A stretch of DNA of 64,000 nt. It comes from Fistulifera solaris (Eukaryota). Within the stretch, counting starts at the first letter, position 1. Every line of letters starts with the position of its first letter. Shown here piece after piece: positions 48,531 through 59,876 of this stretch. The notes under the pieces are model-generated. The model ran no database searches. It was given only the letters and a program-made list of their open reading frames with translations, and was not told the DNA's origin. The stretch lies in NCBI GenBank assembly GCA_030295235.1, contig AP026133.1, positions 1,240,001 to 1,304,000 of the forward strand. The letters run 5' to 3'. The position numbers were made by a program, and so were the translations under genes.

Positions 48531-51500
48531 GGGAGACTTCCGTTAGGTCTCCAACCAGGGTGAACCTCTTCCGATAGCTCTCCCGTTAGGAGAGACGTTA
48601 ACTGACTACATTCAACTTTACAGTAGAGTACGCGCCATTGGATGTGGTACTAATTACTTAGAATCTACTTAGGTTGCTCGATAAAGTAACAAAGCCTTAT
48701 GAATGACAGTCCCGGATGATTCATGAATCACCCCTCTAAGATAACCAAATCCTCAATAAACAATAGTCAGCGAGCGACCGCTCTTGATAAAGAAAAAGTC
48801 AGCGAGCGCGACCGCTCTCAATTGTCAATAAAGAAAAACCAGCCTACGTGACCCTGATGCAGCGAGCGACCTTCCAATAAAGAAAAACCCAGCCTACGTG
48901 ACCTTCCACCGATCAAGGCTTTCGTCGAAAACTACTTCGTGTAAATAATCAAAACCCAATCTACACAATTTCAGTTTCAAACTAGACTTGGTTGATTAAT
49001 ATCACACATTACTCTATACGTGTCATTCAGCCAATTGAAACATAACATCAAATACAAAAGGTCGGAGATCATCTCCGACTCCAATCTCCGAAATAGAGTC
49101 AAGGAACCATGTCCTCTCATTGAGGGCACGTCGACCATGTTTCAGAATTGTCGCCGCATAAAAACATACATATGGTCCGCAACTATGGCCATCATGTTGC
49201 AATAGTTTATTGGGAAGACGCATTTCTTGGTATTCCCACGGAGTAAATCGGGTAATGTTGATTCCTGCTGCTCGCTTGTTGACGCGCATTCTAATTGCTG
49301 CCTCACCGCGCATAATTTAAATAAACCTGAAAGCCAGACAGCATTAGAGTAGTGATCGTCCGGATCTTCGAGGGAGTCGAGCGAATAAATAACTCGATTA
49401 TCGGCATCAACCACCATCAACCACCAGTGCCTCTCCTTGCACATAGGGAATAAATGAATGCCCAAATTGTTCGATTTTGTCATAGAATTCAATGCCACAA
49501 ACGCTGAACTAAGCTGCAGTCTACCCTCTCTCTTAATATTTTGGTTGGCGGAATCCCACAGATTACTCATGACATACGACGGGTGTGCAATAACTCCCTC
49601 ATCCGTTCACGGTCTTGCTTGTTATGCTTTCAAGGAAACTGTTCACAATCGCGTCATTGAAATAACATTGCGAGTTCATAATTTCAAGGCATTCACTGGT
49701 TATGGATGCCGTGGCACCACTCTAGCACCTTGATATGATGCTTCTTTCCCTCTTCAGGTCGTGACGACTCGCGACCTTTATCAACGCCCTTTGCACTGGA
49801 TTGCAAAAAGGAGTGACCGAAGAGATCCCCTGGCATCTTCTTTGTTGTAAATCAGATCGTTTCCATTCTTTCTTGTCCCTACAGTGATAAATGATTCTAT
49901 TCCACTTCTTTCCTTTTGCTGTCTCTGCAAGAGTATTCGTGGATTGCAATATTGTTCTCACTCACAAGTCCTCGCTGGTTTGCGCCCTTGCGTTTTCGGG
50001 TTGAAGCCCTTCTTTTCATCGTTAAATCATTTGTTTCCGTTTCCGTGAAATGATTCTGGAATATCAAACTCGTGTTCTTGAACCAAACAATTTAATTGCT
50101 CAATGGTTCCCACAAATGGATAAGCTGTGTCGTAAAAATAGGATACGATCTTTGATGGTTCATCAGTAATGACTGGGGGTTGCAAAGGGGCTACTCCAAT
50201 TTGCCTTACTTGTTGTCGGCGTAATGAAAATTGATTTTCATTTCTGGGATCTACAATCTTACGTCTCAGGTCGAAGGGTGTTCTCAAGAATTGTGATGAG
50301 GTCCCACTAGTGGCAGTAGCGGGACTTGTTATAGCTCTACGAGTTCTTCTGGTTTTCGGAATACCCACTGAAAATGAACTTGAGAGCGCTTCATTTTGTG
50401 CCAAGTTCTTTCTTCGCAGATCTAGCGGCATTTTCAGGAAATGCGACGAATCGTCACTGAGATTACCGGATTTGGCGGGACTTGCATTCTTCTTTTGGAT
50501 GTCTAATCGCCTTTTAAATACATGTGATGAATCGTCACTAGCAGACGTGGCGGGACTTGCATTAGTGGGTTCTGTCTTCGGTATCTTTATAATCATATCT
50601 TCAGGAATCGTGATACTTCGGTTGTTGGACTGTTTGAATGAGATCTTGGCAGTGCTCTCAGATTACCCCTCTTCATAGTTGGCATCTCAACTATGGAAGA
50701 AACTGCTGTGGCGGGACTTCCTGCTTTTGCTTCTGCAATCGGTGGCGGTTTCAACTTCTTTTTTACGGGCATGAGTCGGGCCTTTGGCTCTGGAATTTGC
50801 TGTCAGTTTCGATCTTTTCCTTTTTTGTGTTGTATTCTCATTCATTGAAGACTTCGATAGTCAAGGCATGAGCTCTGATATCAGGTGGTGGCTTCAGATT
50901 TTGACTCTTCATGGTCGGCCTCTCAAAGATTGACGAATCAGTTGTGGCGGGACTTGTTCCTTCAGCTTTTTGATTTGGTGGCTGTTTCCGGCCGTTTTCC
51001 TCTTTCTCGTTGCCATTTTGACTAATGAAAAATCTGTTGTTGCTGGACTGGAAGCACAAGCTGTTGTGGTCGGCGGTGGTTTCAAATTCGGTCTGGATGC
51101 GGTCGCTGTCTTCAATATCGATGACTTTGCGGTAGATGGACTTGCCTTCTGCGCTTTTAAATTCGTTACTTGTTTGGATCTCCTCTTTGTTCTAGTTGTT
51201 GGCATTTCATTTACTGAATATTCTGTTGTTCGCGGGACTTGAGGCAAAAGCATTATGTGCGGTGCTTGGTTCCACATCTTCATCCTCTAGAATTGTCGAC
51301 AGATGACCCGAGTGTGCACCATAGAGAAACTTTTCAAAATCATACGGACCGGTTGGAGGAAGTGCCCCATATTTTTGCATAATCGTGACGAATGATCGTC
51401 GCTCCTTCGTTTCAATGATCGACATGTTAATGTTGTAAAAGAGCAACAGTAGGAACGGAAGGGCAACTATGACAATAAGGAATGCAGCGTTCTGATCATC

Positions 51501-51727
51501 TTGTCGGCAGTCGGAACGGAACAAAGCAGCACAACGCGAACGATTGTGCGGTTATTGTGCGTGACCTAAGTAGAACTAATGATGGATGGAAGGCCTTTAA
51601 GTAATTAGTACCACATCCAATGGCGCGTACTCTACTGTAAAGTTGAATGTAGTCAGTTAACGTCTCTCCTAACGGGAGAGCTATCGGAAGAGGTTCACCC
51701 TGGTTGGAGACCTAACGGAAGTCTCCC
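48531..51727. mobile_element. MULE/Mutator-like non-autonomous element, 3,197 bp
   Basis: Perfect 130-bp TIRs (48531-48660 and 51598-51727) starting GGGAGAC; exact 9-bp TSD ATCCGACAC (48522-48530 and 51728-51736). Confidence 0.92.
49023..51425 (-). pseudogene. Ulp1/SENP-like (C48) cysteine protease cargo with long repetitive N-terminal region, disrupted
   Basis: SECLEIMNSQCYFNDAIVNSFL (after TAG at 49722), FPMCKERHWWLMVVD...IYSLDSL, LQHDGHSCGPYVC; upstream SPAT...KPP repeats; several stops and frameshifts. Confidence 0.8.
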
Positions 51728-52011
51728 ATCCGACACACGACACACGACACACTCGTCTGCGAATGAAATGCATGTCGACATGTTTTTGCTTTTGTTTTTG
51801 TGTGAGAAACAAACTACCGGTACTAGTAGGTAAACAAAGAGCGTTCGAGCCGACAAGTAATACAGAGTGAGGACGGGAGAGTTTTCTTGCAAAAACAAGG
51901 ATACCGTGATAGGATTGATTCGCGCAAAGACAAATACTAGTACTTGTGCATCCAAAGAATCAACAGCGCCTTACGGGATAGTATCCTTTGTTGTCATTAC
52001 ATAACTCAAGA

Positions 52012-54066
52012 ATGATACTCACAGCAACGAAAAAAGAAGTTTCACCCAGGATTCCTACCAAGCTTGTTTTACTGATCGTGTGTCTATTGCCTGGATTAAT
52101 AATACCGTCCGAAAACCCCGCTGGATGGGTCGACCCCGACACGCCGTGGGAGGCACGAACGACACAAAAGTACAACGCCATCCCACACCAACCCTCTTCT
52201 TCTTCGTCGTCGTCGTCGTCGACAACAAGTACAATCACCAGCAACAAACGAAAACGACCGACAGCAGAAGCCAGTGCACAACCATCGGCGGCACCATCGC
52301 ATTCGACGGAATTTCCTTCACAATCTCCGTCGTTGTCCCCTAGTTCTTATCCCACTTACGTTCCGCGCAATTTTCAATTAGTCTTTAGTGATGAATTCAA
52401 TACGCCCTTTCGAACCTTTGTGGATGGTGCCGATCCGCGCTGGACGGCTCTCGATAAGAATGATTACACAAATGACGCGCTGCACTATTACTCTCCGGAA
52501 AATGCTTTTACGAACGAACAAGGGGAACTGGTGATTACCAGCGAAGCGAAAAATACCGATATTGTGGGCTTTGATGACATTCAATTGAAAAAGACTCGTG
52601 TGACGAAACATTTTCGATCCGCTATGCTGCAAACGTGGAATAAATTTTGCTTCACGGGAGGTATTATGGAAGCCGAAGTCATTCTTCCAGGAAAACACAA
52701 CGTCGGAGGCTTGTGGCCGGCATTTTGGTTACTAGGTAATCTGGCGAGACATACTTACGTTGGTACATCGGAACATATCTGGCCGTGGAGCTCCACAACG
52801 TGCACACGCAAGTCGTTTACCGCTCAAGCGGTTTCGGCGTGCGATAGGGCGGCGCACTATGGATTAGAACAAGGTGTCGGTCGAGGTGCGCCAGAAATTG
52901 ACGTATTTGAAGTGCAACCAGGGAATATCAAAGGAAACACGGGCCCTTTTCTCAAAACGACAGTAGGACAACCTTTCATGAGTGCGTCATTTCAAGTTGC
53001 TCCAGGTCGATCGGCCAATCGACCTGGACCCGGTGAGTGGCCGGGTCCAACACAATGGTACAAAGGCTTGACGCCCGGAAGGAATACAAGTCTCAATATA
53101 CTGTTCTATGGCGACTACAATCACTTTCTGGATGATGTTCATCCCGCTGAGCAAGACTACTGGAGTGATGCTATCAGTATGAATCGACAATTGGATCAGA
53201 CTTACTTCGAAAATCCCCACGTGTATCGAGTCGAATGGGAACCACCAACCGAAGGTTTTGGCGGCTACTTGCATTGGTTCTTGGACGGTGAACTTGTTTT
53301 CGCTTTGAACGGTACAGGAATTCAATCAGCAGGATACGGCGCGGAAATATCGAGCGAACCGAGTTACATTTTGTTGAATACAGCGATATCCAAGCAATGG
53401 GGTTTTCCTCATGAATGTCCAGCGAATTGCCCTTGTAAGCAGTATGATTGTAATTCAGAGCACTGGGAAAGCGCGTGTGGATTTTCCGAGGGGTTTTGCG
53501 ACATGATCAAAACGAGACCGCAGTACAAGATTAACTGGGTAAGAGTCTACCAAGATCCCCAGAATCCAATTCACAAGGTGGGATGTTCAACACCTGAGCG
53601 ACCAACTCGTCGATTTATTGAAGCTCGAGAACATTTATATAAGTCTCCAAGCGATGTTAGACCGTTGAAAGGAGTACAACGTGGTGGTGGCATTTGCTTG
53701 CCTTCTGCTGCCGGGGTCGTACCTGATGCCTGCGGTGGTGATGAAAGAGGGAGATGTACTGCTGGCAAGGTGTGTGAGTGCAGGGTGGGATGGACGGGTC
53801 CCCACTGTCTCGCCCCGCAAGGACGCGACCCTATTCTGTATGATGAGCCTGACAGTATATTGGACGTCGGATTCATACCGCCGCGTGTATTCCCGATGTT
53901 CTTGGCCGTAGGAGGTATCTTGCTTTTGAGCTTGCTACTCTTAACGATTGCCGGGCGAAGACGATTAGAGAGTTGGTCCCCCATTCCCAGCGTCGAGGCG
54001 CAGTCTCTCGCGAAGTTTACGGCTCAGGACAACTACTCGGGACAACAAGAAGTTTACTGGACATAG
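52012..54066 (+). CDS. GH16 KRE6/SKN1-like 1,6-beta-transglycosylase (TGS-type, chrysolaminarin-related) with EGF-like module and C-terminal TM
   Basis: GWVDPDTP, LVFSDEF, SAMLQTWNKFCFTGG, GLWPAFWLLGNL, GRGAPEIDVFE; C..G.CEC..GWTGPHC; TM helix. Confidence 0.9.
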   Translation: MILTATKKEVSPRIPTKLVLLIVCLLPGLIIPSENPAGWVDPDTPWEARTTQKYNAIPHQPSSSSSSSSSTTSTITSNKRKRPTAEASAQPSAAPSHSTEFPSQSPSLSPSSYPTYVPRNFQLVFSDEFNTPFRTFVDGADPRWTALDKNDYTNDALHYYSPENAFTNEQGELVITSEAKNTDIVGFDDIQLKKTRVTKHFRSAMLQTWNKFCFTGGIMEAEVILPGKHNVGGLWPAFWLLGNLARHTYVGTSEHIWPWSSTTCTRKSFTAQAVSACDRAAHYGLEQGVGRGAPEIDVFEVQPGNIKGNTGPFLKTTVGQPFMSASFQVAPGRSANRPGPGEWPGPTQWYKGLTPGRNTSLNILFYGDYNHFLDDVHPAEQDYWSDAISMNRQLDQTYFENPHVYRVEWEPPTEGFGGYLHWFLDGELVFALNGTGIQSAGYGAEISSEPSYILLNTAISKQWGFPHECPANCPCKQYDCNSEHWESACGFSEGFCDMIKTRPQYKINWVRVYQDPQNPIHKVGCSTPERPTRRFIEAREHLYKSPSDVRPLKGVQRGGGICLPSAAGVVPDACGGDERGRCTAGKVCECRVGWTGPHCLAPQGRDPILYDEPDSILDVGFIPPRVFPMFLAVGGILLLSLLLLTIAGRRRLESWSPIPSVEAQSLAKFTAQDNYSGQQEVYWT

Positions 54067-54147
54067 ACTTTTGAAAACGACATAAACCTGTTTGCTATTA
54101 GACTTAGCATGTCAGTGTATTCAGTAGGTCGTGCAAAAGCAACAAAG

Positions 54148-55790
54148 TTAGGAGAGCGAAGGTAGCTCTACATCGTATTCTTCAGCCCTTTCGTCGTCGT
54201 CCTGGTTCAACGGAACATTTTGGTAGTTGATGAAGCTGTCCTCGCGGTCCCCCGGTTGACTCGAGGTGAGCTTTTGCTCGAATTCATTATACAAGCATCT
54301 TGCTACTGCGAAAGAAATCAGAGCGAGAGCGAAACAAAGAAGTCCGCCTTTTGTAGAGAGAGTGCCGGCCGTTGTGGCAAATGTGGTATCGCCACCGCTA
54401 GTTTTCCACGTGAATGCATATCCAAGAAATTGGGTGCTATCATATCCAATGCTTTCAATCCAAATTCTGGCTTTGTACTGAATGGCGATTCCTGTTGGAA
54501 TGTAAAGCATTTCTTTGGTTGGAGTATTAATGGCCGCCGATGCGCCTTCGAGGAGCAGTAAGCAAAGCACCACCATGTAGAGATTCGGTGGATAAATGAT
54601 GAGAATAAGAGATGTAAATAAACAAATGACGGGAAAGAGTAGTAAACTCTTCGGTACACCGTATCGGCTTATAATTGCACGGCTTCCGAACAATGGGAAA
54701 AGGATCGTGACCAGACGTGTCAACAAGTTCACATAATAGACGAGGCTCTCGACATGCTTCTCTGCTTCGTAAGTCAAGCTATGGATACCCGTGTAAGAGT
54801 TGTAGCAGCTTTGGCCCTGCTCGCATCCATACACTTGCGAAAAATGGTCTTTCGCAAGATATTCGGCTGTCTTGGAAACTACGGATAGCTGTATCAGGTA
54901 CAGACACGTAATCACGGAAATGCCCTTGATGTAGTTGTGCCTGAGAATCAGCCACAGTCCTTCGAAGCAACCACAACAAGATGCACAACAAGATGATGAT
55001 GATTCTATTGCGGGCGCAGCCCCGTACAATTCCACATATTTGTTCATTACCGACTGCATCAGTAAAATAGACATGATACCCAGTACAAAGCAGGCCGAGA
55101 TTCCAACGACCGATCCAAAGAAATGAAACACGAGCGAGCCAGCAAGATTTCCAAGCTGACCAATTGCGAAAACAATACCATAGGTGGCTTTTGCTGACGA
55201 CAGTGGCACGACAGAGTTGGTGAAGGACCAAAAAGGTTAATCATAATGATGCCGAATTGATCAATAGCACCGAATGTAAACCATCCCAGTATTCGTAAAG
55301 GATCGGGCGCTCTTGCACCGAGTGCTCCTATTGACGGATGAATCAGAAAGAGAGCATTGAGCATGAAAAGTCCAAAGAAAAAGTTTGCAAAGAATCCGAA
55401 CAGATCGTGTCGTCTGGAGTAGCACCCAACTACTTTGCTGTAGAAGCAAAGGATGACGATAGTTGCAGCAAATGATATCGCCATGGCGAGAGGCTTGAAG
55501 TTGAGACCAACGACTGCTCCGAAAATAGGATCCTGTACCGAGTGAAAGATTCCGTCACTCATTTCGATGGCAAAGAGCGCGGAAGCGAGCAACATAATTC
55601 GTTTAATTTCATCTTGTTGCACATCAGTTCCGAAAATTAGGGTCGCTACTCTCCCATATGAGCTACTCACAGCATTGTTGTTTGTAGGTGCTGCACGGTT
55701 CCTCTCAATCAAGCCGTATTCCTTGTCTTCGTTGTCCTCGTCGAATTCATTGGCGTCGGCATCTTCAAGAATATCGTCTAGATCGCTCAT
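54148..55790 (-). CDS. Second, divergent NTT/TLC family transporter (frameshift in a T-run at ~55230)
   Basis: INLF|WSFTNS..PLSSAKATYGIV...GQLG, HNYIKGI, AINTPTKEMLYIPT...YKARIWIE; collinear with 37953-39908. Confidence 0.8.
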
Positions 55791-56380
55791 TTCTCTGCGC
55801 TTTTTGCGAGGCGATAACCCAATCAACGGCAAAATCTATATTGGATTCGAAGGGATTCACTCGGGCAAATCCAAATAAAATTTGCCGAGATGCCATAAGC
55901 TGTCTTTAACGAATCAAATGACACGACGACGAACGGGCGACTGGCGGGCGACGAGAATGTCGTGCGGTCGCGCACGTCGGAATCAAATTTGGGGTACTTT
56001 TTTCCTTATACAATTCCCAAGAACCAAGACTCCCTATTTTATCTTCTCGAACTTTTTTCATTTTCGCGGTTTCGCACAAGTTTTGTCTCCCGCCATTGCT
56101 CATAAATAAATGCTGTCGACGATTCGCACCTTTTGCAGCAGTGATATTGACAAATGACAACATTCATGGAGTGCATTCAAGCGTGCCCCGCTAAATGTGG
56201 GGTGCTAGTAGTTTTGGAGGCGCTAAGTCTTCCAAGTCGACGTTCTTGCTTGTTGGACCACTCAAAATCATGTTGTTGTTTTGTCTTTGACAGGTCCTCG
56301 TTGGGATTTGCATTGGTGCCAACATTTCATTTTTTTGTTTTTTAGTTTTCTTTCTATGCTTCTACAAGCGAGGCCAGCTT

Positions 56381-56860
56381 GTGTCTGATGCAAACAAGAT
56401 TACTGGAGAAACACAAAACAGTCCCTTGCCTTCAACTCCTCGCAAGGCCGAGCTTCAAACGGTCTTTTCGGGGAGCGTTCCCGCCGTTGCGCCGGCTGTT
56501 GCGGATGCAACCGCTCAAGTTGGCGAGACTGAGCCCGAAACGGTCTCTGCGGTGAGCGTTCCCGCCGTTGCGCTGGACGCTGCGAATGCAACCGACCCAG
56601 TCGGCAAGGCCGTATCTTTCGAGAACGTTCCCGCACTTTCGGCGGATGTTGCGAAGGCACCCGATTCAGCTGTCAGTGGTGTCATTCCCGAGACTCCCGA
56701 GGCCCCCGAAATTCCCAAGACACCGCATCAACCTACTGAGCCTGCGGATCAGGATACTATGGGATCGATCGTGCGCAACGGACGTCGCTCGTCGCTACGA
56801 CTGACAAATCATTGCGAAGGACCGAAGGCGTGCCTCTTCAGCAACCCCAGCAACCAGTAG
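56381..56860 (+). CDS. Low-complexity Ala/Pro/Val-rich ORF with short internal repeats
   Basis: SVPAVA-like unit three times (AGCGTTCCCGCCGTTGCGC at ~56474 and ~56555); starts at GTG, true start unclear. Confidence 0.3.
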   Translation: MSDANKITGETQNSPLPSTPRKAELQTVFSGSVPAVAPAVADATAQVGETEPETVSAVSVPAVALDAANATDPVGKAVSFENVPALSADVAKAPDSAVSGVIPETPEAPEIPKTPHQPTEPADQDTMGSIVRNGRRSSLRLTNHCEGPKACLFSNPSNQ

Positions 56861-57089
56861 AGTGGTAGCTGATCGTCCATTTGATTGTATTCAACAATAG
56901 AAATGCGATTCGAGTGATTTGGATGCCTCCCGAATGCAGACATATGCGGTATCGTATTTTGTAGATGTCATTTAATGTATTTGTATTTGAATATGTTGAA
57001 TTATCGAGAAAGCAGCGCAAAACAGATACATTTAGAAGTGTTCACTATTGCATTAGCCAATCAAGCGATTATAACCCAGCCATTCATTA

Positions 57090-57970
57090 CTACCAGGTGC
57101 ATTGACTTGTCGATGATGAATAAAGAAATGCGTTGTTGTGGTGAAGGAACATCGCCCGTCTGGCGGTACGGCAAGAAAACCACAAAGCTTTCGACACGAG
57201 AGTTCGCAGTTTATGTCCCTCCGATTTTAATACCAGAATAGTCGGTTCCTTTGATATGCAAAAATCTTTCAAATTGTACATGACGGCGTCATTCGTCGGG
57301 ACCGCGAAAGGGAAGCACCCATGATACGAAACCCATCTTCTTTCGCATTTGCCGAAGTCTCCGGTAGATAGCTCCTACAATGGACAACAGCGAGAATTTC
57401 CCATGCGCCCCCAATTGCCGCACTGACGACCGTTGACCGAGGTGTCGAGTTCTTCGCACACAACACAAGGCCAATAATTTTGGATCCTCCTAAAAAGTGT
57501 GCCGAACGGATCAAGGCACCGAAATTGTGTGAATCCACTATTTCTTTCAGCGCCAACGATATATTGGGTGTATCGTCGTCATTCGATGCTGCTGGGTACG
57601 GTACGCGAAAAATCGATTCAAAGAACAGCTTGCTGCACCGCAACACACACCCATGATGAGGTCGGTCACTCGAAATTGTAGTAAGGACACCTTTATCAAC
57701 ATCCGCGACGGGAAGATTCAGCGATTTGACCAGTTCCAACACTTTCTCGGCTTGCGACTGTCTGTCACTGGACCCGGTTTATTGTACCCTTTCGTTCTTG
57801 CACAACGAGCCATGGGCTGAAATGTGCTTCTGGTTTGCGTTCGCGCTGAAACATTTTTCGTGCCTCGCCTCGTCGCCTTCAAATGATTTCAATCGTCTCT
57901 TCCGGACGAGTGAAGCCTCTCTTCTGACTCGCAATGTATTCAGCAAAGGCGTCAAACCGTACAAATAAAC
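57090..57970 (-). pseudogene. SpoU/TrmH-family rRNA methyltransferase (MRM1-like) pseudogene
   Basis: YGLTPLLNTL, RPHHGCVL, LALKEIVDSHNFGALIRSAHFLG, PTILVLKSEGHKLR; canonical DPxNxGA and GxEGxG motifs are substituted; spread over several frames. Confidence 0.7.
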
Positions 57971-58765
57971 GAATCCGGCGCCGTCCAGTGATTTAAAAAT
58001 AATTCTGCGATCGTTATTCGCTTTGTTTGATTCCTGATTCTTGTCGTAAATGTTGCGTTGATTTTTTTCCGCAAGGCGATGATTCGTGTCGTCCGGAATT
58101 GCAATATTGTCGATGATTCTGCCTCTGCGGAGAGGATTACGTCAAGGACAACGTTAGGGAAAAGGAGGAGGTTGAAGAAGTAACTTCAGATTCAAAAGAT
58201 CCTAATCTTCCTATCCAGTCGACGCAGAAGATCTTTGTGAGCGTCGATCGCTATTACGGTCGACGTCGTCACTTGTACCTGGTATTCTAGTCATTACAGT
58301 ATCTTCTCTTGTTTGTCGAAGCGTTCTCAGGGCGATGACGATAAAAAAATGTGAGGAACAAAGGAGCAATGAGCAATGAATGTTCTCATTGGAAAGTATA
58401 GGAGCGGTGTGGCATTGTCAAGTCGGGCGACAACCAGACAGAAAAGGATATTGAGTCACGGACTGATTGTGTTCCCGCTTGTTTTTCCGGCATTGAGTTG
58501 AGTAAGTCGTGTTAGCAAGAGGTGCGCGGTGCGCAGTACGACACGAGCTTCACTTCGTGTAGAATTTATACTGCATGCTACAGGCTATAAATCCTTGATT
58601 GACTGACGCGTGTCTTGTTTCATTCGGAACATGCGAACCCCATTCGTTTTCTCACCTTTGACATTATTCAACAGCTTGCGACGATTTGCGATCTCTCTTC
58701 AAAACAAACAAGAGCCGATACTTTCTCAATCCCAACGAATCTTATTACCAAGCAAGTAACCAACC

Positions 58766-59272
58766 ATGACTTCCACTAGTAATGAACCATCGAACATGGA
58801 CAAAATGAAAGTCTCCATGAACAATTGCTGGGCGAGTACTTTGGCATGCGGCAAAAACACCAAAGAGAAGGCCTTGATTCAAAAGCTCAAATTCGATCTC
58901 GAATCCCGAAAGAAGGCTTTCGGTGTAGATTATTTGACTAAGCTGAAACAAGGTGCGAACGAACAAGACTTAAAGCTGGTGCTCGAAACAGCTCAGAAAG
59001 ATATTGCCGACCTGGAACATCAGATTAAAGAGAAAGAAGATATCATTGAAGGCAACACGGTAGAGGCCAAGAAGAAGATTGAAACAAACAAGTCCACCGT
59101 CAAGCCCGCAACACCGACTGCAGCTCCTCCGGCGGCGCAATCTGCCCCGGTGGTAGAACCCTCACCCGTTGCACCGGCTCCTGTGGTAGAACCGTCGATG
59201 ACTCCGCTCAAGACGGTCCCTTCGGATGAACACGGTTCCGTTTCCAACCCTGCTGTAACTGTTGAGCAGTAA
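58766..59272 (+). CDS. Hypothetical coiled-coil protein with Pro/Ala-rich tail
   Basis: Clean 168-aa ORF with a good ATG context and biased codon usage. Confidence 0.65.
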   Translation: MTSTSNEPSNMDKMKVSMNNCWASTLACGKNTKEKALIQKLKFDLESRKKAFGVDYLTKLKQGANEQDLKLVLETAQKDIADLEHQIKEKEDIIEGNTVEAKKKIETNKSTVKPATPTAAPPAAQSAPVVEPSPVAPAPVVEPSMTPLKTVPSDEHGSVSNPAVTVEQ

Positions 59273-59876
59273 ACACAGTTTGTGTAGTGTTTGTGAATGA
59301 ATGAATGAATGTGCGTGCTTTATGTTTCTACGTGTGCGGGTTGTTGTGTTTGATCGATGATGATTCATTCAAGAATATTACGTTAGTTTAAGCACTGGTT
59401 TAGTTATATTGCAAACTGAAACTCTAAGCCTTGAGAATTTCTCGTCTACCCATGGAAGTGCTCCAATTGAGCAACCTAACTTGATCTCTTATGTGTCAAC
59501 GAAATAGGAAATTGCGGAGATCTTCCAATCTGTGGTCGTAGCCCCCGACCTGAGCCATTTTGACGTCGTTCCGTGGAGACGAGACAAAGTGACGTCGCCT
59601 TTTCCCAGACCATGGAAATGGAAGGGGCATTGATCGAAGAGCATAAAATCCTTAAGTGTAGGGTTTAGTTCAACGACAATGACGATAACAAAGGATGATG
59701 AATGCAATGCGGCAATGCGACGACATGCGACACGAACTACTCCAGTAATTGACATCGTGGCATTGCATACTCCAAGTGCGCTAGTGATAGCGACTATTCA
59801 TTCGTTTCTCGCTTCTACTTGTACCTTCTCATAATCCCATACAGCATTTCCTTACGTCTCATCACGCTAAATTTTC

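Noticed and set aside
49690..49780. FAR1/WRKY-like DNA-binding remnant (KVLEWCHGIHNQ) in the MULE
   Set aside because: It overlaps the start of the Ulp1 domain in another frame; probably coincidental, and no DDE core was seen
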